NCBI GenBank assembly: GCA_041497675.1
Contig: JBGQGY010000002.1
Location: 1 to 64,000 of the forward strand
Origin: a bacterium
GTDB taxonomy: Bacteria > Sysuimicrobiota > Sysuimicrobiia > Sysuimicrobiales > Humicultoraceae
Length of the DNA: 64,000 bases
Direction: 5' to 3'
Both the position numbers and the translations under genes were made by a program. Shown piece after piece: positions 1-9,160 of this stretch. The stretch's first letter is position 1; each line of letters begins with the position of its first letter. Under the pieces are notes generated by a model. That model was not told where the DNA came from, made no database searches, and saw nothing but the letters and a program-made list of their open reading frames with translations.

Positions 1-41
1 AGGTCGAAAGATGGACGGGTGGTTACCGGATTCTTCGCCCC

Positions 42-82
42 AAAATGAAACAGGACCAACGCCGGAAACCCGCGTCAGTCCC
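42..82 (-). terminator. Probable intrinsic terminator after tRNA-Glu
   Basis: Minus strand GGGACTGACGC-GGGTTTCCG-GCGTTGGTCCT hairpin (with G-U pairs) followed by GTTTCATTTT, directly after the tRNA CCA end. Confidence 0.6.
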
Positions 83-87
83 ATATC

Positions 88-165
88 TGGTGCCCCCAGC
101 GGGATTCGAACCCGCGTCGCCGACTTGAAAGGCCGGTATCCTAGGCCAACCTAGACGATAGGGGC
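88..165 (-). tRNA. tRNA-Glu (anticodon TTC)
   Basis: Reverse complement GCCCCTA...TGGGGGC-A-CCA acceptor stem; anticodon arm CCGGC-CTTTCAA-GTCGG; T-loop GGTTCGAATCC; encoded CCA. Confidence 0.97.
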
Positions 166-178
166 AAAACCGCTCCTC

Positions 179-187
179 AGTATAACA
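179..187 (-). promoter_or_regulatory. Extended -10 promoter element for tRNA-Glu
   Basis: TGTTATACT on the minus strand about 13 nt upstream of the mature tRNA 5' end. Confidence 0.55.
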
Positions 188-217
188 TCGCGGGAGCGCC
201 CGCTGACCGGCCCATGG

Positions 218-1338
218 TCACGCACCGAACCGCTGGAGAAATGCTGCCACCGACCGTTCAAACAGGCGCATCCCTTCCACCGTGGCGTACTCGTTGGGGC
301 TGTGGGCGCGGCCGCCGTGTCCCAGCCCGCCCATCACAAACGGCATCTTCAGCACGGTCGAGAACAAGTACATCGGTGCGCTCCCGGCCAGACGGGGCCA
401 GGCGTAGGGCTCGATGCCCTGATCGCGGATCGCGCCGACCAGCGACTGCACCACCGAACTCTTCCACGGGGTCTGCGCCCAGGGATACGCCTGCCACTGG
501 TTGATCTCGATGTCGGTGAATCCCTGCGCGTCCAGGTGCGCGCGCAGCCTGGCCAGCGTCTGTTCGATCGACATCTTCGGCACCAGACGTACGTCGACGC
601 GCGCCCGCGCTTCGTGCGGCAGCACGGTCTTCGATCCCGCTCCTACCCATCCCGAGACGACACCGTCAATGTTGAGCGTCGGCAGGGTGAGGTACGCGCG
701 CAGGAGCGCTCCGCCGTGTCCTTCGATCTTGAACCGCCGGACGTCATGCTGGCCTAAAATTACCTTCTCGTCGAAGACCTCCTCGAGTCGCTCGACGAGG
801 CAAAGTACGCGGCGTCGGCCTTCAGCGCGTCGCGGTGGGCCGCGACGAACGCCGGCAGGTTGCGGCTGCCGAGCTCCTCCTCGCCTTCGATGAGGAAGAC
901 CACGTTCACCGGCGGCCGCTGCCCCGTGGCCCGGTACGCGTCGAGCGCATTGAAGAACCCGGCCATCGGGCCCTTGGAGTTGAAGACGCCACGCGCGACC
1001 ATCGATGGGCCGTACTTCGGCAGGTCGACGATCTCGCCCGAAAACGGCGGGACCATCCAGGTCTCGCCTTCGACCGGTTGGACATCGTACATCCCATAGA
1101 AGAGCAGCGTGCGCTTGGCGCCGGCGTCGAGGCGGCCGAGTACGATGGGATGGCCCGCCGTGGGCATCACCGACGCCTCTCCCCCGATCTCGCGGATGGT
1201 CGCCGCGACCAGATCGGCCATGGCCGGGATCCCGGTGCCGTCGGCGCTGATGCTGGGCTGGCGGATGAATGCCCGCACCCGGTCGAGATGCTGCGTCTGG
1301 TGCGCGTCGATCTGCGCCGCCACGTCAATGGCTGCCAT
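218..1338 (-). pseudogene. M20/M25/M40 family metallopeptidase, frameshifted with an apparent internal deletion near 800
   Basis: N-part (YDVQP, EGEEE) in one frame to about 802; C-part (PTLNIDG...SKTVLPHEARA...HSPNE) in another frame from about 799; total about 372 aa, shorter than typical for the family. Confidence 0.8.
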
Positions 1339-1353
1339 GCTGCGCTCCTCTCG

Positions 1354-2163
1354 CTACAACGGCCCCCGCACGGCGCCGCCGTCGACCTGGATCGTGCACC
1401 CCGTGATGAAACTCGAGCGGTCTGAGGCGAGGAACACCGCCAGATCGGCGAACTCGCGCGGCTGACCCAGGCGGCCAAGCGGAATCTGCGACAGCCAGAG
1501 CCGCTGGTTCGCCTCGTCGACCGATATGTTGTCCCGCGTCGCGTACTGCTGCGTGAGCTCGGCCAGACGGTCCGTAGCGATCGGGCCGGGGCAGATCGAG
1601 TTCACCAGGATGTTGTTCGGCGCCAGTTCGATCGCCTGGGTCTTGGCGAGGCCCACGACGGCCAGGCGCACGGCGTTGGACAGCGCCAGGTTCGGAAGCG
1701 GCTGCTTGACGGTGAACGAGGTGATGTGGATGATCCGTCCCCACTGCTGCCGCTGCATGACCGGGATGACGGCGCGACAGAGACGTACCACCGACAGCAG
1801 CAGTGTGTCGACCGCGGTCGTCCACTGCGTATCGGTCAACCCCGCCGCGGGGCCCGACGGCGGCCCTCCCGCGTTCGTCACCAGGATGTCGATGCGGCCC
1901 CATCGGTCGAGTGTCTGGGACACCAGCCGGTCGACGTCCTCGGCGCGGCCGACGTCTGCGGTCACCGGCAAGACGTCGCCGCCGGCCACGCGACACGCAT
2001 CGGTTCTCAAGATCTCCGCCGCCGCACCGGTGATCGCCTCACCGGACCGCGAGCACATCGCGACCCGCGCGCCTTCCACGGCAAGACCCTCGGCGATGGC
2101 GCGCCCGAGGCCCCGGCTGGCTCCGGCGACAACGGCCACTTTCCCCTTCAACCCCAGATCCAT
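1354..2163 (-). CDS. SDR family oxidoreductase (3-oxoacyl-ACP reductase-like)
   Basis: MDLGLKGK..AGASRGLG Rossmann motif, NAGGP, SFITGCTIQVDGG; GGAGG upstream of ATG 2163. Confidence 0.9.
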   Translation of the reverse strand: MDLGLKGKVAVVAGASRGLGRAIAEGLAVEGARVAMCSRSGEAITGAAAEILRTDACRVAGGDVLPVTADVGRAEDVDRLVSQTLDRWGRIDILVTNAGGPPSGPAAGLTDTQWTTAVDTLLLSVVRLCRAVIPVMQRQQWGRIIHITSFTVKQPLPNLALSNAVRLAVVGLAKTQAIELAPNNILVNSICPGPIATDRLAELTQQYATRDNISVDEANQRLWLSQIPLGRLGQPREFADLAVFLASDRSSFITGCTIQVDGGAVRGPL

Positions 2164-2250
2164 CGGGGATGCCTCCGGCAGTAACAATGCTGGCGCTGCG
2201 TCAATACGCGGCGAGGGGTGACTTGGCGAGACGCGAGGCGGTATCCTGTC

Positions 2251-3054
2251 TCAGGGCGGACTGAGTCGATCGGGGCGGCCTCCCGTAGCCGCGACCCAGA
2301 TGACGCTCCGCCGGAAGGCGGCGAGGCGCGACTTGGCCACGGGGACGTGCGTCTCCTCGCTGTCGTCGAGCAACACGCTGGCCACATGGCGCGACCAGGG
2401 CACCAGCGCGCGGACCCGGTACAGGTTCACCAGATACGCCCGGTGCGTGCGGAGGAATCCGAGGGGCACCAGCATGCGCTCCAGCCGGCTCAGCCGCGTG
2501 CGCAACCGGTGCGTCTCGTCGGCATGCACCAGGCAGAATCGCCGCTGGGCGACGACGTAGCGGATCGACTCCGGCGCCAGCGCCACGTGATGATCGCCCT
2601 GGGGGACAAACACGCGGGAGACCGTGTGGACCGGCGCATCGCCGGCGATGCCGATCTCCAACCGAGACAGCCGCGACCGCACCCGGCGGACGGCCTCTTC
2701 GACGCGAGCCGCCGCCAGCGGTTTGATCAGGTAGTCTGCAGCGTCCAGATCGAACGCCGGTGCCGCATAGTCCGTGTATCCCGTGGTGAACACGATCGCG
2801 GGTCGCACGTTCCCGCGCAACCGCCGCGCGACTTCGAGCCCGTCGAGATCGGGCATCCGCACATCCAGGCACACGACGTCGGGCCGCTCCTGCGCCGCCG
2901 CCGCGATGGCCTCATGGCCGGTCGAACACTCGGCGAGCGTCCTCACGTGGCACGCGTCGAGCAGCGCTCGGAGGTGGGATCTGGCCCACGGTTCATCGTC
3001 GGCGATCACGGCGCGGAGGACCGGCGTGGTCATGCCCGTGGCGCCCTCCCTCAT
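2251..3054 (-). CDS. LytTR family response regulator
   Basis: Receiver domain (ADDE, LDVRMP, YLIKP) plus LytTR domain (FLRTHRAYLVNL); start may be 3033. Confidence 0.9.
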   Translation of the reverse strand: MREGATGMTTPVLRAVIADDEPWARSHLRALLDACHVRTLAECSTGHEAIAAAAQERPDVVCLDVRMPDLDGLEVARRLRGNVRPAIVFTTGYTDYAAPAFDLDAADYLIKPLAAARVEEAVRRVRSRLSRLEIGIAGDAPVHTVSRVFVPQGDHHVALAPESIRYVVAQRRFCLVHADETHRLRTRLSRLERMLVPLGFLRTHRAYLVNLYRVRALVPWSRHVASVLLDDSEETHVPVAKSRLAAFRRSVIWVAATGGRPDRLSPP

Positions 3055-3683
3055 GGCGCCCTCTCAAAGAGCACCGGCGCGCTGATGGCGGCGATCGTCC
3101 CCACCCCAGGTCGTCCCAGCAACCGCAGCCGCGCACGCGTGTTCCACAACGCCGCCAGCCGGATCCGGATGCCGGCCAACCCCCACCCGTGCTGGCGCCC
3201 GGCGCGCAGCGGTCTTCGCGGACCCGGACCATTGTCTACGACCGCGAGGTGCAGCATCCCGCGCGTGATGCGCCCAACGACACGAACGTGTCCGCCGGCG
3301 GGCCGCTGCGCGATGCCGTGGATGACCGCATTCTCCACAAGGGGCTGCAAGATGCACGGGGGCACCAGGACGTCGAATGCCTCCCGGGGCAGCGACACTT
3401 CCAGCCTGATACGCCCGCCCATCCGCGCCCGCTGCAGACCGATGAACGAGAGTGCCAGCCGCAGTTCGTCAGCCAGCGGGATCAGGGGCGCCGCAGGCCC
3501 CACCACCCGGCGCAACAGGTCTGCGATTTCGGCGAGCAGATCCTCCGCGGCGTCGGGCCGGCGGCGGATCAGCGCACTCACCACACTCAGACTATTGGCG
3601 AGCATATGCAGCTGCGCGCGTCCCTGATAGATCGGGAGAAAGTGCGGGGCGGTGCTTTTCGAGAGTCCGTCTCGCTGAGGCAT
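3051..3683 (-). CDS. LytS/YehU-type histidine kinase, cytoplasmic, without an input domain
   Basis: LQPLVENAVIHG, DNGPG, GWGLAGIRIRL HATPase motifs; His_kinase-like QLHMLANSL; only 210 aa, no TM segments. Confidence 0.8.
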   Translation of the reverse strand: MPQRDGLSKSTAPHFLPIYQGRAQLHMLANSLSVVSALIRRRPDAAEDLLAEIADLLRRVVGPAAPLIPLADELRLALSFIGLQRARMGGRIRLEVSLPREAFDVLVPPCILQPLVENAVIHGIAQRPAGGHVRVVGRITRGMLHLAVVDNGPGPRRPLRAGRQHGWGLAGIRIRLAALWNTRARLRLLGRPGVGTIAAISAPVLFERAP

Positions 3684-3746
3684 GGAGACCCCCCGTCATG
3701 CGTTCGCCAGAGAGATCCGGACCAGGGGGACCCGCACGGTAGGCTC

Positions 3747-4472
3747 TCAACGCATACCAGTGGAGGTATGGGGTTCGTTCGGGGAGACGAAGGGCCGCTC
3801 CTGCCAGACGGCGCGAGTTCTTCGAGGACAGCGCATCGGTTCGCCGGCCAGGAAGCGGCGTAGACGGACCAGGCCGCGCGTCTGGATCTCGACGATTCGC
3901 GTGATCGAAAGGGACAAGCGCGCCGCCACCTCGCGGAGCGGCAACCCTTCAAAGAACCGCATCACCAGCACGTCGCGGTCGCGCTCCGGGAGCGCCCATA
4001 GGCCGCGGCAGAGCTGGCGGCGCAAATCGGCTTCAACGGCGCGTGCCTCGGGGCCGTCGCCTTCATCGGCCGGGACCGCCAGCGCGTGATCGAGGTCCAC
4101 CAACTGAACACCGAATTCTTTCCCCCAATCCCGCTCGCGCCGGTCGGGGTAGACCTCGGCCCGCGGCTCGGCTGCCTGAGCGCGCGGAGGCCAGCGCGCC
4201 TTCTGCGCGCGCCGCAGCGACCGCGGGAGCGGATCGCGCCGCCGCAGCCCATCGAGCATGGCGCCCCGGATGCGGTGCCCGGCATAGGTGGAGAACGCCA
4301 CGCCACGGCCTGGATCGTACTTCCGGACCGCCTCGATCAGCCCGATCACACCGTCATTGATCAACTCGCTCACCTCGACCACGCGTGGTAGGCCTCGGCT
4401 CATCGTCCTCGCGATGGTGGCTACCAGCGGAAGGTAGACGTGCACGTCTGGCGCTGCAGCGGTCTGTTCCAC
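3747..4472 (-). CDS. RNA polymerase sigma factor, FliA/WhiG (sigma28)-like
   Basis: GVIGLIEAVRKYDPGRGVAFSTYAGHRIRGAMLDGLR (region 2) and LPERDRDVLVMRFFEGLPLREVA (region 4). Confidence 0.85.
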   Translation of the reverse strand: MEQTAAAPDVHVYLPLVATIARTMSRGLPRVVEVSELINDGVIGLIEAVRKYDPGRGVAFSTYAGHRIRGAMLDGLRRRDPLPRSLRRAQKARWPPRAQAAEPRAEVYPDRRERDWGKEFGVQLVDLDHALAVPADEGDGPEARAVEADLRRQLCRGLWALPERDRDVLVMRFFEGLPLREVAARLSLSITRIVEIQTRGLVRLRRFLAGEPMRCPRRTRAVWQERPFVSPNEPHTSTGMR

Positions 4473-4667
4473 GATGCACCCCCGGCCGCCGGTCGATCAC
4501 GTGAGCGGCGGCAGTCCAGAGCATGCCGCAGCGCACTCCCTCACCGCCTCTCAACACGCGTGACTGGGGAAAATGGGGATTGGAAGCAGCGTGGGCGCGA
4601 CAATCAGGGGTTGCCAAGGTATCATGAGATTCTGCAGCGGTATCGCTTCCCCGAAGGGAGTGTTCTC

Positions 4668-5462
4668 TTGCGGCGAGTGGTTGACGGCGCGACGCTCGGG
4701 TACGCGATCGAAGGCCAGGGCCCCCCGATCGTCTTGCTCCATGGCTTCCCATTGAACCGCGCCATGTGGGGACCTCAGGTCAACGTGCTCCGCGAACGCT
4801 TCACGGTGATCACGCCCGACCTCGTGGGGTTCGGAGAGTCCGACCCTCCGGCCAACCCGGACGGCATGACCATGGACGCATTCGCCCAGGCCGTCGTGCG
4901 CCTGCTGGAGACCCTCGGTCACGATCGGGTGATCCTGGGAGGATTCTCGATGGGTGGGTACGTCCTCTTTCGTGTGCTCGCGCGCGCCGCCGCCCGGATC
5001 AGCGGGCTCGTGATCGCCGATTCACGCGCGGGGGCAGATTCAGATGAGGCCCGTCAGCGCCGGATGGCGACGATCGCGCGCATCCGCGAGCAGGGCCCCG
5101 AGGGGTTTCTCGGCGAGTTCGCCGCCGGTCTGGTCGGGACGACGACAAAGACGACGCGACCCGGCTTTGTCGACACCGTCCGGCGGTTCGTCGGCACACC
5201 ACCGGTGCCCACGCTGGTCGGGGCACTCACCGCGATAGCCACCCGGCCGGACAGCCGGCCGCTCCTGGCATCGGTCGCGGTTCCCACGCTCGTGCTCGTC
5301 GGCGAGGAGGATACGATCACACCGCCCGACGCAGCAAAAGAGATGGCCTCCGGAATTCGCGGCGCCCGCCTCGTGACGATCCCGGCCGCCGGCCATCTGG
5401 CAAACCTTGAGGTGCCCGAGATGTTCAACGCCTCGCTGTTGGACTTCGTGGGCCGACTGTAG
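4668..5462 (+). CDS. Alpha/beta fold hydrolase (3-oxoadipate enol-lactonase-like)
   Basis: LHGFP, GFSMGG nucleophile elbow, GEED, AGHLANLE; start placed at TTG after GGGAG. Confidence 0.88.
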   Translation: MRRVVDGATLGYAIEGQGPPIVLLHGFPLNRAMWGPQVNVLRERFTVITPDLVGFGESDPPANPDGMTMDAFAQAVVRLLETLGHDRVILGGFSMGGYVLFRVLARAAARISGLVIADSRAGADSDEARQRRMATIARIREQGPEGFLGEFAAGLVGTTTKTTRPGFVDTVRRFVGTPPVPTLVGALTAIATRPDSRPLLASVAVPTLVLVGEEDTITPPDAAKEMASGIRGARLVTIPAAGHLANLEVPEMFNASLLDFVGRL

Positions 5463-5472
5463 AGAAGGCGCG

Positions 5473-6615
5473 CTACTCCCGCTGATCGAGGGGGACGTAC
5501 GTCCGGTCGAGGGGTCCAGTGTACTCGGACATCGGTCGGATCAGCCGGTTGTCACCGTACTGCTCCAGCACGTGAGCGGTCCACCCGGTGATGCGGCTGA
5601 CGGCGAACGTCGTGGTGTACAAGTCCATCGAGATGCCCATAGAGCGGTAGACCGACGACGAATAGAGGTCGACGTTTGGAAAGATCCGCCGCTGGGCTAT
5701 CGTCATCTCTTCGACCTTGCGCGTGAGCTGATACCAGCGCGGATCGCCGGCCCGCTCGCCCAATCGTTGAGACATCGTGCGCAGGAAGCGCGCCCGCGGG
5801 TCTTCGGTGCGGTAGACGCGATGACCGAACCCTGGGATCTTCTTCTTCGCGGCCAGTATGTCCATGATCACCGGCTCGACACGGTCGACCGATCCGATAT
5901 GCTCGAGCAGCCGCATGACCTCTTCGTTCGCGCCGCCGTGCAGCGGGCCTTTGAGCGTCCCGATGGCCGACACGCTGGCTGAGTGCATGTCCGATAGTGT
6001 GGCGGCGGTCACGCGCGCCGAGAACGTGCTGGCGTTGAATTCGTGATCGGCGTGGAGGATGAAGACCACGTCGAGGGCCCGGGCCACCTCGGGATCCGGC
6101 GCGGTCCCGTGCAGCAGGTAGAGATAGTTGCCCGCGTGATCGAGGTCGTCGCGCGGGCGCAGCGGCGTCTGCCCTGTGCGCAGGCGGTGGAACGCGGCGA
6201 CGAGCGCGGGAATCTGCGCGGTCAGCCGGACGGCCTTGCGGAGGTTGGCCTGGCGTGAGTTATCCGCCGCATCGGGATCGAAGTGCGCAAGGACTGAGAC
6301 CATCGTGCGGAGCATGGCCATCGGCTGCGCCCCGGCGGGAATCTTCTTGAGGAGGTCGAGCACGCCCGCGGGGAGGGCGCCAGCCGCGTGCAGATCGGCG
6401 CGCAGCGCGCCGAGTTCGGCTCTGGTCGGCAGACCGGCGTGCCAGAGCAGGTACGCGACCTCTTCGAACGTAGCGTGTTGCGCCAGATCGGCGGCGTCGT
6501 ACCCGCGATAGACGAGGCGCCCCTTGACGCCGTCGATAAAGCAGATCGACGACGTTCCGGCGATGACGCCTTCGAGGCCGTCGGTCGGCTTAGGCGGGCC
6601 GGGCTGGGTGGCCAT
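5473..6615 (-). CDS. Citrate synthase / 2-methylcitrate synthase
   Basis: GLEGVIA, HADHEFNAST, GPLHGGAN, GFGHRVY, PNVD motifs. Confidence 0.95.
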   Translation of the reverse strand: MATQPGPPKPTDGLEGVIAGTSSICFIDGVKGRLVYRGYDAADLAQHATFEEVAYLLWHAGLPTRAELGALRADLHAAGALPAGVLDLLKKIPAGAQPMAMLRTMVSVLAHFDPDAADNSRQANLRKAVRLTAQIPALVAAFHRLRTGQTPLRPRDDLDHAGNYLYLLHGTAPDPEVARALDVVFILHADHEFNASTFSARVTAATLSDMHSASVSAIGTLKGPLHGGANEEVMRLLEHIGSVDRVEPVIMDILAAKKKIPGFGHRVYRTEDPRARFLRTMSQRLGERAGDPRWYQLTRKVEEMTIAQRRIFPNVDLYSSSVYRSMGISMDLYTTTFAVSRITGWTAHVLEQYGDNRLIRPMSEYTGPLDRTYVPLDQRE

Positions 6616-6623
6616 CGTCCTTC

Positions 6624-8978
6624 CTATGACCCGGCTGCACCAGCATGCTGCCGGTCGAGGTCGTGGAAGCGGCCGTGCTCCCTGTGGAAGAAGAGCTCGA
6701 GGTCGGCGACCGGGCCGTTGCGGTGCTTGGCGATGCGGATCTCGGCGACGTTCTCCTTGCCTTCGGAGCGGGCCTTGCTTTGATCGTAGTACTCCTCACG
6801 GTAGATGAACAGGACCAGGTCGGATACCTGCTCGAGCTCGCCACTCTCCCTCAAGTGCGACAACTGCGGCCGCCGAGTACCCGTCACCTCTACCACCCGT
6901 GAGAGCTGCGAGATCGCAATCACCGGGATGTCGAGTTCCTTCGCCAGCGACTTGATCGACCGTGCGATCTCCGACACTTCCTGCGTGCGGTTCTCGGCCC
7001 GTTTGTAGGACTGGATCAGCTGAATGTAGTCGATGATGATGAGCCCAAGCCCGTGTTCGGCACGCAGTTTGCGCGCCTTCGCGCGCATCTCGATCGACGA
7101 GAGATTGGCCGTGTCGTCGACGAAGATCGGCGCCTCCGACAGACGTCCCATGGCCTCGGCCAGCCGCGGCCAATCCGCATCCGTCAGGTAGCCGCTGCGC
7201 AGCTTGGAGGAGTCGACCTGCGCCTCGCTGCACAGCATCCGTTGGACCAGTTGCTCTTTGTTTGTTTCCAAGCTAAAGATCGCCACCGGGACCTTGTGGT
7301 TCAGCGCGGCGTGCTGCGCGATGTTCAGCGCAAACGTGGTGTTGTGAACGCAGACGTCGTTCGCTACGAAGTTGTGCGTCCCGGGCACCGTCAGATCGTA
7401 TACTTGATAGGCACCGATCTCTTCGATGGCCACGACCTCTTCCCACATCACATCGACGTCTTCGATCAGCGAACGCTGCGCGTTGCGGGCCCACCGACGC
7501 AGCTTTTCCCACCCGAAGACCCCCACCTCGCGGAACAACGCCAGCGCCGAGGTCACACCCAGGGTCAGCGTCGCCCCGTCGCGTGCGGACGGCACACCGA
7601 AACGCAGGAGCAGGTGTTGGAGGCCCCGCGCGCATCGCACCGACGGGAATCCCGCCTGCACGCGGTAGCCATCGGGATGCTCGATGATCTCCGCGATGCT
7701 GCCCAGCAGTCGGTTGAGGAACAACCCGAGTTTCTCGCGCCGTAGTGTAAAGACGCACCGAGGAATCGCGCGCCCCGCCGGTGGGTGTGCCAGTTCGGGA
7801 TAGCGCCAGAGGAGATCGGCCACCGCCGCACCGCCCTCGGCCCCGCCGCCGATACCCGAGGCCGCCTGGGGCGTACCGGGCTGTGGATGGCGTGAAGCGG
7901 CCAGGATCGCTTCGGCCGCTGAAGCGGCGTCGGCGAAGTCCTCCGCGATGCGCGGGTTGGCCGGCAACCGTCCACTGCAAAGGTAGGCCAGCAGTTTGAC
8001 CTCGTGATCGGGGAGCTCGACGCGGCCAAAGACCGGGAGACGCCTCGGGACCGCGATGAGCGCGCCGGGTGCAAGCGCCCCCAGCGGTTCCCATCCACTA
8101 GGCGTGAGGAACGGATGCGTCAGCGTGGTCTCGACCTCACGGCCACCATTGGTTCTCACGCGAAACACCGGCTTGATGCCGTCATCGACGAAGACGCTTG
8201 GCGCGGCCGGTCTGAATTGGTGATCGCGATCGAGGGTGAGGAGGTTTGCCTTGCCCTGCACCACCATTTCCTGGATGGTGCGCACGTCGCCCGTCGACGC
8301 ATCCACGACTTCGGCGTCGAACTTCAGACACTTGCCCATGGAGGGACGCGCGGCCACGATGATCAGATCGGACGGTTGGAGTCCTGCCGTCAACCGGTCG
8401 AGCGCGGCGAAGCCCGTCGGCACACCGGTGACCATGCCCTTGTCACGGTAGCGCTTGTCGATGCGTTCGAACGATTCACGCAGGATCTCGGGGATCGGGA
8501 CAAAGTACTGTCCCATGCGACGGCTGGCGATGCTGAAGACGAGTTTCTCGGCCGAGTCCACCAGCATCTCTACGTCCTGGTCCTCGCGAAAACCCATACC
8601 CACGATCTGCGTACCCGCGGCGATCATCTGGCGGAGCATCGATTTTTGGACGACCAGCCGAGCGTAATACTCGACGTTGGCCGCCGTGGGTACGGCGTTG
8701 AGGAGCGCGGTCACATAGGCCACGCCGCCCACGTCATCGAGCTGCCCCTTGCTGCGCAGCCGCTCGGTGACGCTGACCAGGTCGGCCGGTTCGCCGCGTT
8801 CGAAGAGCTCCATAACGATCTCGAAGATCTTCCGGTGCGCGTCGCGGTAGAAGTCCTCCGGACGTACCAGCTCGACGACGCGCGCGATGGCGTCCCGTTC
8901 GAGCAGCATCGAGCCTAGGACGCTCTGCTCTGCCTCCAGGCTTTGCGGCGGGACGCGCTCAACCGGAGTGGTGGACAT
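6624..8978 (-). CDS. dnaB: Replicative DNA helicase DnaB containing an intein
   Basis: PPQSLEAEQSVLG N-terminus, ARPSMGK|intein|TTFA Walker A, DYIQL, SQLSR, LRESG, KHRNGP. Confidence 0.97.
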   Translation of the reverse strand: MSTTPVERVPPQSLEAEQSVLGSMLLERDAIARVVELVRPEDFYRDAHRKIFEIVMELFERGEPADLVSVTERLRSKGQLDDVGGVAYVTALLNAVPTAANVEYYARLVVQKSMLRQMIAAGTQIVGMGFREDQDVEMLVDSAEKLVFSIASRRMGQYFVPIPEILRESFERIDKRYRDKGMVTGVPTGFAALDRLTAGLQPSDLIIVAARPSMGKCLKFDAEVVDASTGDVRTIQEMVVQGKANLLTLDRDHQFRPAAPSVFVDDGIKPVFRVRTNGGREVETTLTHPFLTPSGWEPLGALAPGALIAVPRRLPVFGRVELPDHEVKLLAYLCSGRLPANPRIAEDFADAASAAEAILAASRHPQPGTPQAASGIGGGAEGGAAVADLLWRYPELAHPPAGRAIPRCVFTLRREKLGLFLNRLLGSIAEIIEHPDGYRVQAGFPSVRCARGLQHLLLRFGVPSARDGATLTLGVTSALALFREVGVFGWEKLRRWARNAQRSLIEDVDVMWEEVVAIEEIGAYQVYDLTVPGTHNFVANDVCVHNTTFALNIAQHAALNHKVPVAIFSLETNKEQLVQRMLCSEAQVDSSKLRSGYLTDADWPRLAEAMGRLSEAPIFVDDTANLSSIEMRAKARKLRAEHGLGLIIIDYIQLIQSYKRAENRTQEVSEIARSIKSLAKELDIPVIAISQLSRVVEVTGTRRPQLSHLRESGELEQVSDLVLFIYREEYYDQSKARSEGKENVAEIRIAKHRNGPVADLELFFHREHGRFHDLDRQHAGAAGS
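7341..8330 (-). mobile_element. Intein (330 aa) in the DnaB P-loop with degenerate LAGLIDADG endonuclease
   Basis: Starts CLKFD after GK; block B TLTHPFLT; ends VYDLTVPGTHNFVANDVCVHN before Thr+1. Confidence 0.95.
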
Positions 8979-8980
8979 AG

Positions 8981-9039
8981 CGAACCCCAGTTCGGTATAC
9001 CTGCCGACCCATCGTAACGAACGTATGTACGGTAGTCAA
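8981..9039 (-). promoter_or_regulatory. dnaB sigma70 promoter with two LexA-type SOS boxes
   Basis: TTGACT(9039-9034)-17 bp-TACGAT(9016-9011); CGAAC-GTAT-GTACG at 9018-9031 in the spacer; CGAAC-CCCA-GTTCG at 8981-8994. Confidence 0.7.
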
Positions 9040-9099
9040 GCGCCCTCCGGGATCACACTGTCGATGCGACAGGTCTTGGGCGGTCATCGCTGCAAACCC

Positions 9100-9153
9100 T
9101 GCGGAATAGCCTGGGGGTAAGGCATGATCTTTGGATGATTTTCCTGTGGATAG
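9100..9153 (-). promoter_or_regulatory. Cluster of degenerate DnaA-box-like 9-mers
   Basis: Co-oriented CTATCCACA, TCATCCAAA, TTACCCCCA and TATTCCGCA versus consensus TTATCCACA. Confidence 0.45.
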
Positions 9154-9160
9154 ACTGGGG

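Noticed and set aside
1..165. Prophage or island attachment site at tRNA-Glu
   Set aside because: No integrase or duplicated tRNA 3' end in the window; only a terminator is visible in the 87 bp downstream
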